From Candidatus Brocadiia bacterium (GTDB lineage Bacteria > Planctomycetota > Brocadiia > SM23-32), in contig JBKHIT010000002.1 in the NCBI GenBank assembly GCA_046538485.1, positions 96,001 through 160,000 of the forward strand: a DNA stretch of 64,000 nucleotides, read 5' to 3'. Each line of letters starts with the position of its first letter. Within the stretch, counting starts at the first letter, position 1. Below are positions 49,166 through 57,956 of the stretch, in pieces. The translations under genes and the position numbers were made by a program. The notes beneath the pieces were generated by a model. That model was not told the DNA's origin. It was given only the letters and a program-made list of their open reading frames with translations, and ran no database searches.

Positions 49166-50080
49166 ATGACCGACCAGAACTGCGATGTTGCTATCGTTGG
49201 AAGTGGCCCGGCAGGCATGGGCGCGGCCCTGTATGCCGGACGCGCCAAATGGGAAACTGTCCTCTTCGAAAAATTGGGACCCGGCGGCCAGCTGGCGGAG
49301 GCCTACGACGTGGATAATTACCTCGGGTTTACAGATGGGATTACAGGCCCGGAATTGACGGAAAAAATGAAGAATCATGCCGAACGATTCGGTGCCGAGA
49401 TAATACGGGAAGAAGTTGTGGATCTTATCGACGAGGGCGAGTTGAAAAGAGTTGTCACGGGTTCGAACGAGTATCGGGCTCCCGTTGCTATTATCGCATC
49501 AGGTGCCTCACACCGAAAACTCAATGTTCCCGGGGAAGAAAGGCTTGCCGGGGCGGGTGTCAGTTACTGCGGAACCTGCGACGGCGCCTTTTTCCGCGAT
49601 AAGAAACTGGTCGTTGTCGGGGGGGGAGACGCTGCGATGACAGAAGCAGTGTTTCTCACCCGTTTTGCCTCGGAAATCAAACTCGTCCATCGTCGGCAAG
49701 GATTGCGTGCGGAGGCGATGAATATTGATAAGGCGAAGCGAAATGAGAAAATTGAATTTGTGCTTGATACGATCGTTACAGACATTAACGGGGAAAATAA
49801 GGTTGAAGGGGTGACACTGAGGAATGTGAAGACTGACAAAGAATGGCAGCATGAGTGCGACGGCGTCTTCATTTTTGTCGGACATGTGCCAAATACAGGC
49901 TACCTCAAGACCATCCTGCCCCAATATGCAGGAGAGCTGATTCCCACCGACATGAATATGGAGACTGAAGTGAAAGGGCTTTACGCCATCGGGGACGTGC
50001 GCGTAGGTTCCTACCGCCAGATTGCAACCGCAGTGGCCGATGGTGTGGTGGCAGCAATGCATGCGGAAAAGCGCGTTTAG
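49166..50080 (+). CDS. trxB: Thioredoxin reductase
   Basis: IVGSGPAG, GGQL, GVSYCGTCDGAFF, VVGGGDAA, VHRR, YAIGDVR, QIATAVADG. Confidence 0.95.
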   Translation: MTDQNCDVAIVGSGPAGMGAALYAGRAKWETVLFEKLGPGGQLAEAYDVDNYLGFTDGITGPELTEKMKNHAERFGAEIIREEVVDLIDEGELKRVVTGSNEYRAPVAIIASGASHRKLNVPGEERLAGAGVSYCGTCDGAFFRDKKLVVVGGGDAAMTEAVFLTRFASEIKLVHRRQGLRAEAMNIDKAKRNEKIEFVLDTIVTDINGENKVEGVTLRNVKTDKEWQHECDGVFIFVGHVPNTGYLKTILPQYAGELIPTDMNMETEVKGLYAIGDVRVGSYRQIATAVADGVVAAMHAEKRV

Positions 50081-50409
50081 CCGTTACCGGTTGGCGTGTG
50101 AGCAACCACAGCTGGGGGATGATCGTTGTAGCCTTTTGCGATGCCAGAGGAGCGAAAACCGCCGGATTGAGCAGGCGCTCGGCGGCAGCAGACAGGCAGA
50201 TGGCCGGGCGATGTCGGGTCGAAAAATTCGTTCTAAGGCGTATATAGAGGCCTTTGTTGTTGTAAGCGTCGTTTTTACCATTGTCTGCGTTTGACCAGCA
50301 TCCCCCCGTTTGAATTCGACTGACCTTTCCTGTAGATAAGCCCCCATGATCTCATCGAATACATTTGTGAGAGCGGGAGTAGCTCGCACGATCAATCTGG
50401 AGACGCCAC

Positions 50410-51564
50410 ATGACCCAATATGAACTTCAAACCGAGGATTTCGCCTTTGACGGTCCTCTAGGCTGCCAGGGGGCCAGCATTGAAAAGATCGGTAAAGATC
50501 ATTTCCGCGTGACCCCGGGGCATGCACCCGAGCACCCCGAATGGGCCAACAAAGTCAATTTAACCATCAGCAACCACGCCCGGAATCATCGTCTCAGACT
50601 CGACGTGGATTTCAGCGGCGGAAGCTCCATGCCGTTCAATGAATATTCTTATTCATGGTCATACGACGCCGAAAACTGGCGTCCGGTCCACTGGGAGAAA
50701 AACGAGCCGGACAGCCCGGCAGGGGATACTCTGCTGTTCCCGATCTTTGAACGCGACACCGTTTATGTCGGCCACCAGGTGCCCATGTCGTATGAAACCA
50801 TGGTGCATCTGTTGAACAATTTTGCCCAAAATCGCGATGCCGGCCTGGTGAAAATTGGTGAATCACTTGGAGGGCGCCCCCTCCTGCGTCTCCGGGCAAC
50901 GTCCAATGAATCTTCCATCCCGCTGGAGCAACGCCCGGTTCTGTATTTCGCCAACCAGCATCCCGGCGAGCATAACGCCCAGTGGCGGATGATCGGAATG
51001 ATTAACTGGCTGCTCAGTGGCGATACAACTGCGGATAGTTTCCTGCGGAACCATGCGGCTCATTTTCTGATTATGATGAGCCCGGATGCGCCCTCAAACG
51101 GATGGTACAGGGTCAACGCGGAGGGCGTCGACATGAACCGTTCATACAATCCGAAGGGGTCCAGCCCCGAAGCCCAGACCCATGAGGCCTGCGTGGCACA
51201 GCGGGACCTTGAAAACATCGCGGAAACGCGGCCGCTGCGCATGGTATGGGGACACCACACCTGGGCTGGTATCGTTGATCCCCTCATCGTTCCGGCTGAG
51301 AGCACGGAATCAAATTATGGTCCATGGCAGAACCTGCGCGACATGATTCTCGCGGCCGATCTAAAAGGCCGGATGAAACCGATGCGTCAACACGGTCCTT
51401 CCAGCTACGAAGGCAGCTGGACGGGAGGCCCGCATCAACAGTTCGGCGTAACAGCAGTTCTCTGCGAAGGTGCCGGCGGACATTATCTCAAAGAAGAATG
51501 CCTCCAGGCCGGAGGAGCTCTCATGGAAGGCTTATCTTATTACTGCACGGGTGAAATGCCATGA
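50410..51564 (+). CDS. M14-family zinc carboxypeptidase-like protein
   Basis: IGESLGGRPL, QHPGEH (HxxE), RVNAEGVDMNR, GHHTW, late Glu in VLCEG. Confidence 0.8.
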   Translation: MTQYELQTEDFAFDGPLGCQGASIEKIGKDHFRVTPGHAPEHPEWANKVNLTISNHARNHRLRLDVDFSGGSSMPFNEYSYSWSYDAENWRPVHWEKNEPDSPAGDTLLFPIFERDTVYVGHQVPMSYETMVHLLNNFAQNRDAGLVKIGESLGGRPLLRLRATSNESSIPLEQRPVLYFANQHPGEHNAQWRMIGMINWLLSGDTTADSFLRNHAAHFLIMMSPDAPSNGWYRVNAEGVDMNRSYNPKGSSPEAQTHEACVAQRDLENIAETRPLRMVWGHHTWAGIVDPLIVPAESTESNYGPWQNLRDMILAADLKGRMKPMRQHGPSSYEGSWTGGPHQQFGVTAVLCEGAGGHYLKEECLQAGGALMEGLSYYCTGEMP

Positions 51565-51638
51565 AACCTGAACAGGCGGATTTATGTGAGCTGTACGACC
51601 TTGAAAACGATCCCGAAGAACTGAAAAACCTGTTCTGA
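51561..51638 (+). pseudogene. Sulfatase remnant (C-terminal motif only)
   Basis: ATG overlaps the peptidase stop; MKPEQADLCELYDLENDPEELKNLF* carries the sulfatase C-terminal ELYDL..DP.E..NL motif. Confidence 0.65.
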
Positions 51639-51659
51639 GGTATCTTGTTTTCCTCATGA

Positions 51660-51720
51660 CCATAACGTCACGGCTCTGCGGCGGCGCGATAGCGACGTAC
51701 GCAGCAGCCGATGGTTGGCG
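51660..51720 (-). mobile_element. Integron attC recombination site (end of the ZIP cassette)
   Basis: Minus strand: R'' CGCCAAC, 5 nt, L'' GCTGCTGC, imperfect stem-loop, L' GCAGAGC, 6 nt CGTGAC, R' GTTATGG. L'' has one extra base at position 4; 61 bp. Confidence 0.8.
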
Positions 51721-51815
51721 GGTTCATATTTCAACGATCATATGCTTGAGCTGCCCATTTGCTGGTTCCCACATGATCGATTGGCGCATTATGTGGTGAT
51801 ACCAGGTCACATTCA

Positions 51816-52631
51816 TCATCCCAACGCCACATCGAGTAGCATCATCACGGCAAAACCCACCATAGTTGAGATGGTCACTACATCGATGTTTGCCTCGTTT
51901 CGCTGAGATTCCGGGATCAGTTCCTCGACCACCACAAAAATCATTGCTCCTGCAGCAAAGCAAAGTGCGTAGGGCAGTATGTTCTGCATGTGCAGAACAA
52001 ATGCCGCCCCGACAACCCCTGCGATGGGCTCAACGATGCCGGATGCCTGCCCCAGGACGAAGCTCTTTGTCCGACCCATTCCCTCCCTCCGCAACGGTAG
52101 TGACACGGCTGCACCTTCCGGAAAATTCTGGAGACCAATACCGATTGCCAACGCAATGGCCCCACCAAGCGAGGCAGAAGGAAGATCGGCTGCCACAGCT
52201 CCAAAAGCTACCCCAACCGCGAGACCCTCGGGGATATTGTGCAAAGTAATCGCAAGAACCAGCAGTGTGCTCCGCTGCAAGGACGTTTTGATCCCTTCGC
52301 TCTGCCCCAAATCAAACCCTATATGAAGATGCGGTAGCAAGCGGTCCGAGAGTCGCATGAAAATCCCGCCAACCATGAATCCGATGACGGCTGTTAGCCA
52401 AGGGATCTGCCCCATCTGCTCGGCCATTTCGATGCCCGGCGCAAGCAATGACCAGAAGCTTGCGGCAATCATGACGCCAGCCGCGAAACCAAGCATCGAA
52501 TCCATGAGTTTTGGACTGACTTTCTTCGTGAAGAAGACGAGCGCTGCTCCCACTGCCGTTACACCCCACGTAAAGAGCGTGGCCATCAGCGCTTGTGTAA
52601 TGGGGCTGAATTGCTGCAGAAATGCGATCAT
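51816..52631 (-). CDS. ZIP family (GufA-type) metal transporter, cassette-borne
   Basis: [68 protein letters not shown]. Confidence 0.95.
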   Translation of the reverse strand: MIAFLQQFSPITQALMATLFTWGVTAVGAALVFFTKKVSPKLMDSMLGFAAGVMIAASFWSLLAPGIEMAEQMGQIPWLTAVIGFMVGGIFMRLSDRLLPHLHIGFDLGQSEGIKTSLQRSTLLVLAITLHNIPEGLAVGVAFGAVAADLPSASLGGAIALAIGIGLQNFPEGAAVSLPLRREGMGRTKSFVLGQASGIVEPIAGVVGAAFVLHMQNILPYALCFAAGAMIFVVVEELIPESQRNEANIDVVTISTMVGFAVMMLLDVALG

Positions 52632-52652
52632 CTGTCATCCTCTGTTTGTTTG

Positions 52653-52708
52653 CTCGAACGTCACGCATCAGACGCTTCGGAAGTCGCGTCTGCATGCGTT
52701 TGTTCGGC
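52653..52708 (-). mobile_element. Integron attC recombination site (end of the 4-TM cassette)
   Basis: Minus strand: R'' GCCGAAC, 5 nt, L'' CATGCAGA, CGCGACTTCCGAAGCG stem-loop, L' TCTGATG, 6 nt CGTGAC, R' GTTCGAG; 56 bp. The gene's stop codon lies inside it. Confidence 0.85.
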
Positions 52709-53185
52709 AGTTCCGTTGATTACATTTTTGACCTTCGGGCCTCTCAGGTACTTCAGCATGATGACAAGAGGAACCCCGTAGATTCCCGTGATAATCACGC
52801 CCATGACTGCACCCATGATCCCGAAACCACGGGGACCATGGTCTGAAATCATGGAGACCCAGTTGAAAAGCCAGAAGACCATGAAACCAAGAATGAAGAT
52901 AAGAAGCAGCCAAGTCAGCCCTTCCAGCACGCTGCGAGCCCACGCCTTGAGCTTGAGGAAGTTGATTCCAGAAACGAGTCCCAGCACGGCAACCCCGATC
53001 TGAACGATGGCGAGCAGCGGGAAAATCTTGAAGATGAAGGGCATGTCTGGTTCGTCTTGTGCCATTTCGCCAATCATGACGGAACTGAAAAGGCCCATGG
53101 TTGCCGAGAGGCACATGAGGCCACCGATAATAATCCATGCCCAACCGATCACGGTTATGCATGTTGGTCGTTTCTCCTGATACAT
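52661..53185 (-). CDS. Four-TM hypothetical membrane protein, cassette-borne
   Basis: ATG 53185 follows GTTCGGC-AGGAGG; KRPTCITVIGW N-terminus and four hydrophobic helices. Confidence 0.85.
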   Translation of the reverse strand: MYQEKRPTCITVIGWAWIIIGGLMCLSATMGLFSSVMIGEMAQDEPDMPFIFKIFPLLAIVQIGVAVLGLVSGINFLKLKAWARSVLEGLTWLLLIFILGFMVFWLFNWVSMISDHGPRGFGIMGAVMGVIITGIYGVPLVIMLKYLRGPKVKNVINGTAEQTHADATSEASDA

Positions 53186-53572
53186 ATTATTCCTCCTGCC
53201 GAACAGGTACCTTTTAACCTTCATTATGCTTTACGCACAAGTTACCCGTTCCGAGCCCCGCATTCAAGACCTGAATCCCGTTGTTCGGACCTTTATTCCC
53301 GAAGGGCGGCACTGGTTGAGTTCGAAGCTCCCGGCAGGGCCAGGTTAACGGCCGAAGCATCGAGATTTTGCCGGAACATACTGGTAGATTTGCTTGAGGA
53401 AAAGATAAACCCGTTGGTATGCCGTCTGTGAGAATCCGCTACAGCATATCCCCGGTCGAAGCCGAGCCTTGATAGGCCGGCGCTCAGTTGACACATTTGG
53501 CGGCTGCCCATTATCGTATTTGATAGCGACTATGATGTTTAGGCTCCAATTACTTGAGAAGGAGGCAATCTG

Positions 53573-54097
53573 ATGGCTGGAGATTTGACCGAAGCGATAC
53601 AGCTCGCGCGTAAGATGGAGTTGGACGGAATAGGTTTTTACGATGATGCAGCCAAGAAAGCAGGGAATCCCCAGGCTGCGCAGCTTTTTAAATCGTTTTC
53701 CAAAGACGAAGAGCGGCACCTGAAGATCGTTGAAAAGCTTGCTGAAGGAATGGGAGTCGATGTCGACCAGATGCCAATGCCTGCTGATGAGATTAAGACG
53801 GTTTTCAGTACAGCGGGCCAGGAGATCGCCGTGGAAGCTGAAGTATCGGCGAGCGAGCGGGAAGCCATCGAGATGGCTCTGGAAATGGAAGAGAAAAGCT
53901 ATAAGCTTTACGCTGATGCAGCCAAAAATGCTGGCACCGCGGATCAGCGGGCAATTTTCGAACGCCTTTCCCAGGAAGAAAATCAGCACTATTCCATTTT
54001 GGAAAACACGCGCGACTATCTGGATAAAAACGAACAGTGGAATTTGTCAGAGGAATGGGGGCTCCTAATGGGCGATTTGACTTCTTTGGGCGGCTAA
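53573..54097 (+). CDS. Ferritin-like/rubrerythrin-family diiron protein
   Basis: A.KME.DG..FY...KDEERH and ALEMEEKSY.LY...EE..H; SD AAGGAGG. Confidence 0.88.
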   Translation: MAGDLTEAIQLARKMELDGIGFYDDAAKKAGNPQAAQLFKSFSKDEERHLKIVEKLAEGMGVDVDQMPMPADEIKTVFSTAGQEIAVEAEVSASEREAIEMALEMEEKSYKLYADAAKNAGTADQRAIFERLSQEENQHYSILENTRDYLDKNEQWNLSEEWGLLMGDLTSLGG

Positions 54098-54185
54098 AAG
54101 CGCATATGTTAATTTTTAAGGGCACGGTTTGTTCCGTGCCTTTTTTTATATAAAATCTGGGAAAAAAGAGGAAAGGGAGCCGAAG

Positions 54186-55151
54186 ATGGCAGATACGAGT
54201 TTTGCGGACCGTTTAATCATGGCAAGCAGGGCCAAACGCAGCCAGGTTGTGGTGGGACTCGATCCGCGTCCGGAAATGATGCCATCCGCCCTGATGGAAG
54301 AGGCGGTGAAGAACCGCGGCCGGACGGCTGAAGCCGTAGGGCTGGCATTTGGACGGTTCAATCTCGGCATTATCGAAGCGGTGAGAGACCACGCCGTTGC
54401 CGTGAAGCCGCAGATAGCATTTTATGAGCGATTTGGTCGGGCGGGGCTCAATGCATACGTCCAAACGCTTGAGGCGGCCCGCGAAAGCGGTCTTCTTGTT
54501 ATCGGGGATGTGAAGCGGAATGACATTGGCAGCACAGCCGCTGCATACGCCCGAGGCCACCTTTTCGGAGAGGAAGAGGGGGAGGGGTGGCTCGGGGGCA
54601 TGGATTTTCGCGTTGACGCCATCACAATCAATCCACTGTTTGGTTACGATGGTGTGAGCCCGTTTCTGAAACGAGCAGCCGAGGGCGGGGGCGGTATCTT
54701 TGCACTTGTGAAAACCAGCAACCCATCTTCCACCGAACTCCAGGATCTTGAGACGCCGGAGGGGCTGGTTTACGAAAAGTTAGCTGATTATGTCGCGGAA
54801 TGGGGCAAGCCCTACTGCGGGGAAAATGGGTACAGTCTTCTCGGGGCGGTCGTGGGGGCGACTTTCCCGGAAGAATTGGAATCTTTACGCACGCGGATGC
54901 CCCGAACCATTTTCCTGGTGCCGGGATTTGGAGCGCAGGGTGGGGGAGTCTCCGACGTTGTGGGGGCGTTTGACGAGGAAGGCGACGGGGCGGTGGTCAA
55001 TTCCTCACGGGGTATCATATATGCATTCCGACGCGAGCCGTATTCCGAGAAATACGGTCCGGCTCAGTGGGCCCAGGCGGCCGGGGAAGCGTGCCGTGAG
55101 ATGAAAGAGCAAATCTGGGAGGCGACGCATCCGGAAGAGGCGGGCGACTAA
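54186..55151 (+). CDS. pyrF: Orotidine 5'-phosphate decarboxylase
   Basis: VGLDP, KPQIAFYE, DVKRNDIGST, VKTSNP, GAVVGAT, LVPGFGAQGG, NSSRGI. Confidence 0.95.
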   Translation: MADTSFADRLIMASRAKRSQVVVGLDPRPEMMPSALMEEAVKNRGRTAEAVGLAFGRFNLGIIEAVRDHAVAVKPQIAFYERFGRAGLNAYVQTLEAARESGLLVIGDVKRNDIGSTAAAYARGHLFGEEEGEGWLGGMDFRVDAITINPLFGYDGVSPFLKRAAEGGGGIFALVKTSNPSSTELQDLETPEGLVYEKLADYVAEWGKPYCGENGYSLLGAVVGATFPEELESLRTRMPRTIFLVPGFGAQGGGVSDVVGAFDEEGDGAVVNSSRGIIYAFRREPYSEKYGPAQWAQAAGEACREMKEQIWEATHPEEAGD

Positions 55152-56860
55152 TCAGGCACAGCGTCCCGGGCCTCCATCCCTCCGAACAGCCGACAGACGG
55201 CATCGCCTAGTTTATCGGGATGGTGGCGTAGCAAATCCTGTTTTTCCCAGAGCACCCGGGGTTGGCTGATGTCTTCAAGAAGGTCTGTGAAAACAGTGCG
55301 GACGTCAATATCTTTGACATCTTCTTGTTTGCCCACAAGTTCGGCCCCATCGGCGCGGTACTTTTCCACAATGTTTTGCGGTGGATCGGTGGAATTAAGG
55401 ATCATGCAATCAATAATCTGGGGCCCAAGATGTTTTTCGAGGGCAATATAGTGGTCACGGGCGCTAAAACCGTCCGTCTGGCCGGGCTGTGTCATTGCGT
55501 TGCACACGTAATAGACTCTGGCCCGTGTATTTTTGACCGCATCGCGGATTCGGGGCACCAGAATGTTGGGAATTACACTTGTGAAAAGACTTCCCGGTCC
55601 GAGAACAATGATATCGGCATTTTCGATTTCTTCCACTGCTTCGTCGAGCGCTTCGGCATCCTGCGGTTTGAGGAAAACTTTTTCGATGGGTGGTTTGTCG
55701 ATCCCCCGTACCTGGACTTCCTGTTCCACAACTGAACCATCTTTCAATTCGGCGCAAACGTGGCAGTCAGTGAGCGTGGAGGGAAGCACTTTTCCGTTGA
55801 TATTCAACAGGTTGCTGACGAGACGTATGCCTTTTTCAAACCGGCCTGTCATATCGGTGGTTGCGGCGATAACAAGATTGCCGAGGCTCATACCTTCAAG
55901 GGAACCTTCTGCGAATCGGTATTGAAAGAGTTCGTTCAGCCTTCTTTCTCTTTCTCCTGGTTCGGAGAGGGCGACTAAACAGTTCCTGACGTCGCCTGGA
56001 GCGAGTATCCCGAGTTCGTCACGTAGTTTGCCTGAGGATCTTCCGCTATCAGTGACGGCAACAATAGCGGTGAGATGTTTGCTATAGGTTTTACAACCCT
56101 CAAGGACGATAGGAAGCCCTGTTCCACCACCCATCGCTACGATACGAAGGTGGTCGGGTGGTTTGCCGAGATCGACCATTCTGAGTATTGTAGGCACCTG
56201 AAAAATATTTGTGATTTTGTAATCAGGGACTTCGAATTGATCGCGCGGTTCGGCTCGGCTGAAACGTCCGTGCAGCATCTGAGCGGTGGTAAAGCCGAGT
56301 TCGTTACCGTAACGAATTTCTTCGCTTGGTCGATCCCCAACAATGAGAATTTCGGCAGGGTTTAATTTATATTTGCTGAGGAAATAGCGCAGGCATTCTG
56401 TCATCCGGGCTCCGCGGTCGACATCGCTTACGAGGATATCATCGAATTTGCCTTCGAGGCCGAGTTTTGTGATTTTTCCCCGTTGCCGGCGGTGGTTGCC
56501 GACCGTTAGAAGAAAACATTTAATGCCCTGGCGCCGGAGCGTGCGCAAAGTGGAAAGTACGTCCGGGAAAAGGTGGATATCGTCGGCCACTTCTTCGCGA
56601 TTATACGCGCGGTAGGCAATCTGGAGAGCTTCTTGATCCAGATCGTAACGTTCTCCAATCTCATCGAAAACCAGGAAATGCGGTCCGTGATCAGCTGCCA
56701 GGTCTTTCTGAAGTTCGAAGGCTTCATCGACCGACATCGGTAAACCCGCATCCACGAGAGCTTGCGCGGCGCGGTGACGTGAAGCATCGATAAGCGAACC
56801 TGTGCAATCGAACAGTGTGTCATCGAGATCAAATATGACCGCTCTAAAACTCGCTCGCAT
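55148..56860 (-). CDS. HAD-family hydrolase fused to a YvcK/GlmR (CofD-like) domain
   Basis: N-terminal IFDLDDTL and IVGDR; C-terminal GGGTGL, VTDSGRSSG.LR, PGDVRNCL, SLGNL, GPGSLFTSVIPN, MTQPGQT, RHHPDKL; ATG 56860 with SD GGAG. Confidence 0.9.
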   Translation of the reverse strand: MRASFRAVIFDLDDTLFDCTGSLIDASRHRAAQALVDAGLPMSVDEAFELQKDLAADHGPHFLVFDEIGERYDLDQEALQIAYRAYNREEVADDIHLFPDVLSTLRTLRRQGIKCFLLTVGNHRRQRGKITKLGLEGKFDDILVSDVDRGARMTECLRYFLSKYKLNPAEILIVGDRPSEEIRYGNELGFTTAQMLHGRFSRAEPRDQFEVPDYKITNIFQVPTILRMVDLGKPPDHLRIVAMGGGTGLPIVLEGCKTYSKHLTAIVAVTDSGRSSGKLRDELGILAPGDVRNCLVALSEPGERERRLNELFQYRFAEGSLEGMSLGNLVIAATTDMTGRFEKGIRLVSNLLNINGKVLPSTLTDCHVCAELKDGSVVEQEVQVRGIDKPPIEKVFLKPQDAEALDEAVEEIENADIIVLGPGSLFTSVIPNILVPRIRDAVKNTRARVYYVCNAMTQPGQTDGFSARDHYIALEKHLGPQIIDCMILNSTDPPQNIVEKYRADGAELVGKQEDVKDIDVRTVFTDLLEDISQPRVLWEKQDLLRHHPDKLGDAVCRLFGGMEARDAVPD

Positions 56861-57956
56861 TGCATGCTCCAGGACGAAAAAAATGATTGATACCCACCAA
56901 AGCATTCTACAAAAAGCCCGGGGCGAGATCGAACGAAAATTTACTGCCAGCCCCCTCATGACCAATAGCAGATCTGACGCTGAGGGGGCTTGAAATATGC
57001 GGGTTAGCAAGATCACGGGACCAATTCAGGTGAATAATACGTTCAATCTTTGCTGTGTGGATTTTGCGGGTTGTTTTTGACGGGTTCGAGCGTGTGAATT
57101 CGCTGCAGCGTGCGACGTAACATTTCCGGAAGTAGATTCCCGGCATCACTCGTTTGTGTAACGCTACCAAGACGGGCAACTCTGAAACTATTGTAATTGG
57201 CCTCAAATTCTTTGGGCGCACCTTTGACATTGTCTGGAACAAGGGTGTCTCAACTTGCATTTTGTGTAAGGCGAGAGGTGCGAAATCGTATCGGAAAGGG
57301 GCTTAGGGTGTTATTTCAATTTCCGCTTTTAGTAACACGAAACACGGCATCAGTGCAACGGCATTCCTGTGTGCGCGAAACGAGCCTTTGGGTGCCGAAT
57401 TTGGCAATCTCAGCGTTTTCTGTTTTTGAGCTGCGATTCGTTTTGGGTGTGTTTTCCCCTAAGTCCTTGACTGGATAGGAGGAACGAAAAACCGGACCGC
57501 GTCAGAATTTGGGGCAATGGTATTGGAGAAAAAAGATTGCTGGCGTACTCAAGAATTATTAGAAGTTCGTAAGATTTCTCGAACCGCTTGTGTCCTATCA
57601 GCTTACATGAGGAAAGCATTCACATCGGACGGAAAGAATATTTGTCAGAGCAGTGAATGCGTTGACCCAGACCGTTTCATGACTTAACATCCACGTGATT
57701 TGGTTGCGGGAGTTAACCGACTGGCCCGGCAGCTACGGCGTCCGAAGTAGTCAACGGAGGAGTGACTGGAATGAAAAGGTTTGATGTTGCCGCGCGTGCC
57801 GATGATACAGAGGGTTTTGTGAGTCAGTGTCATCGAAACAATTGGGCAGATAATTGTCCGCGCCTGTATTTCCCTCCCGCTTCGTTTCCCCACTAACCAG
57901 GACGGTTTAATAAGTTTTTGATTGAAGCGACTGGAATGTCGTGACAGGAGGAGTGT

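Noticed and set aside
53290..53570. Integron integrase remnant upstream of the cassette array
   Set aside because: No tyrosine-recombinase motifs (R...HxLRH...Y) are recognisable in the short ORFs there.
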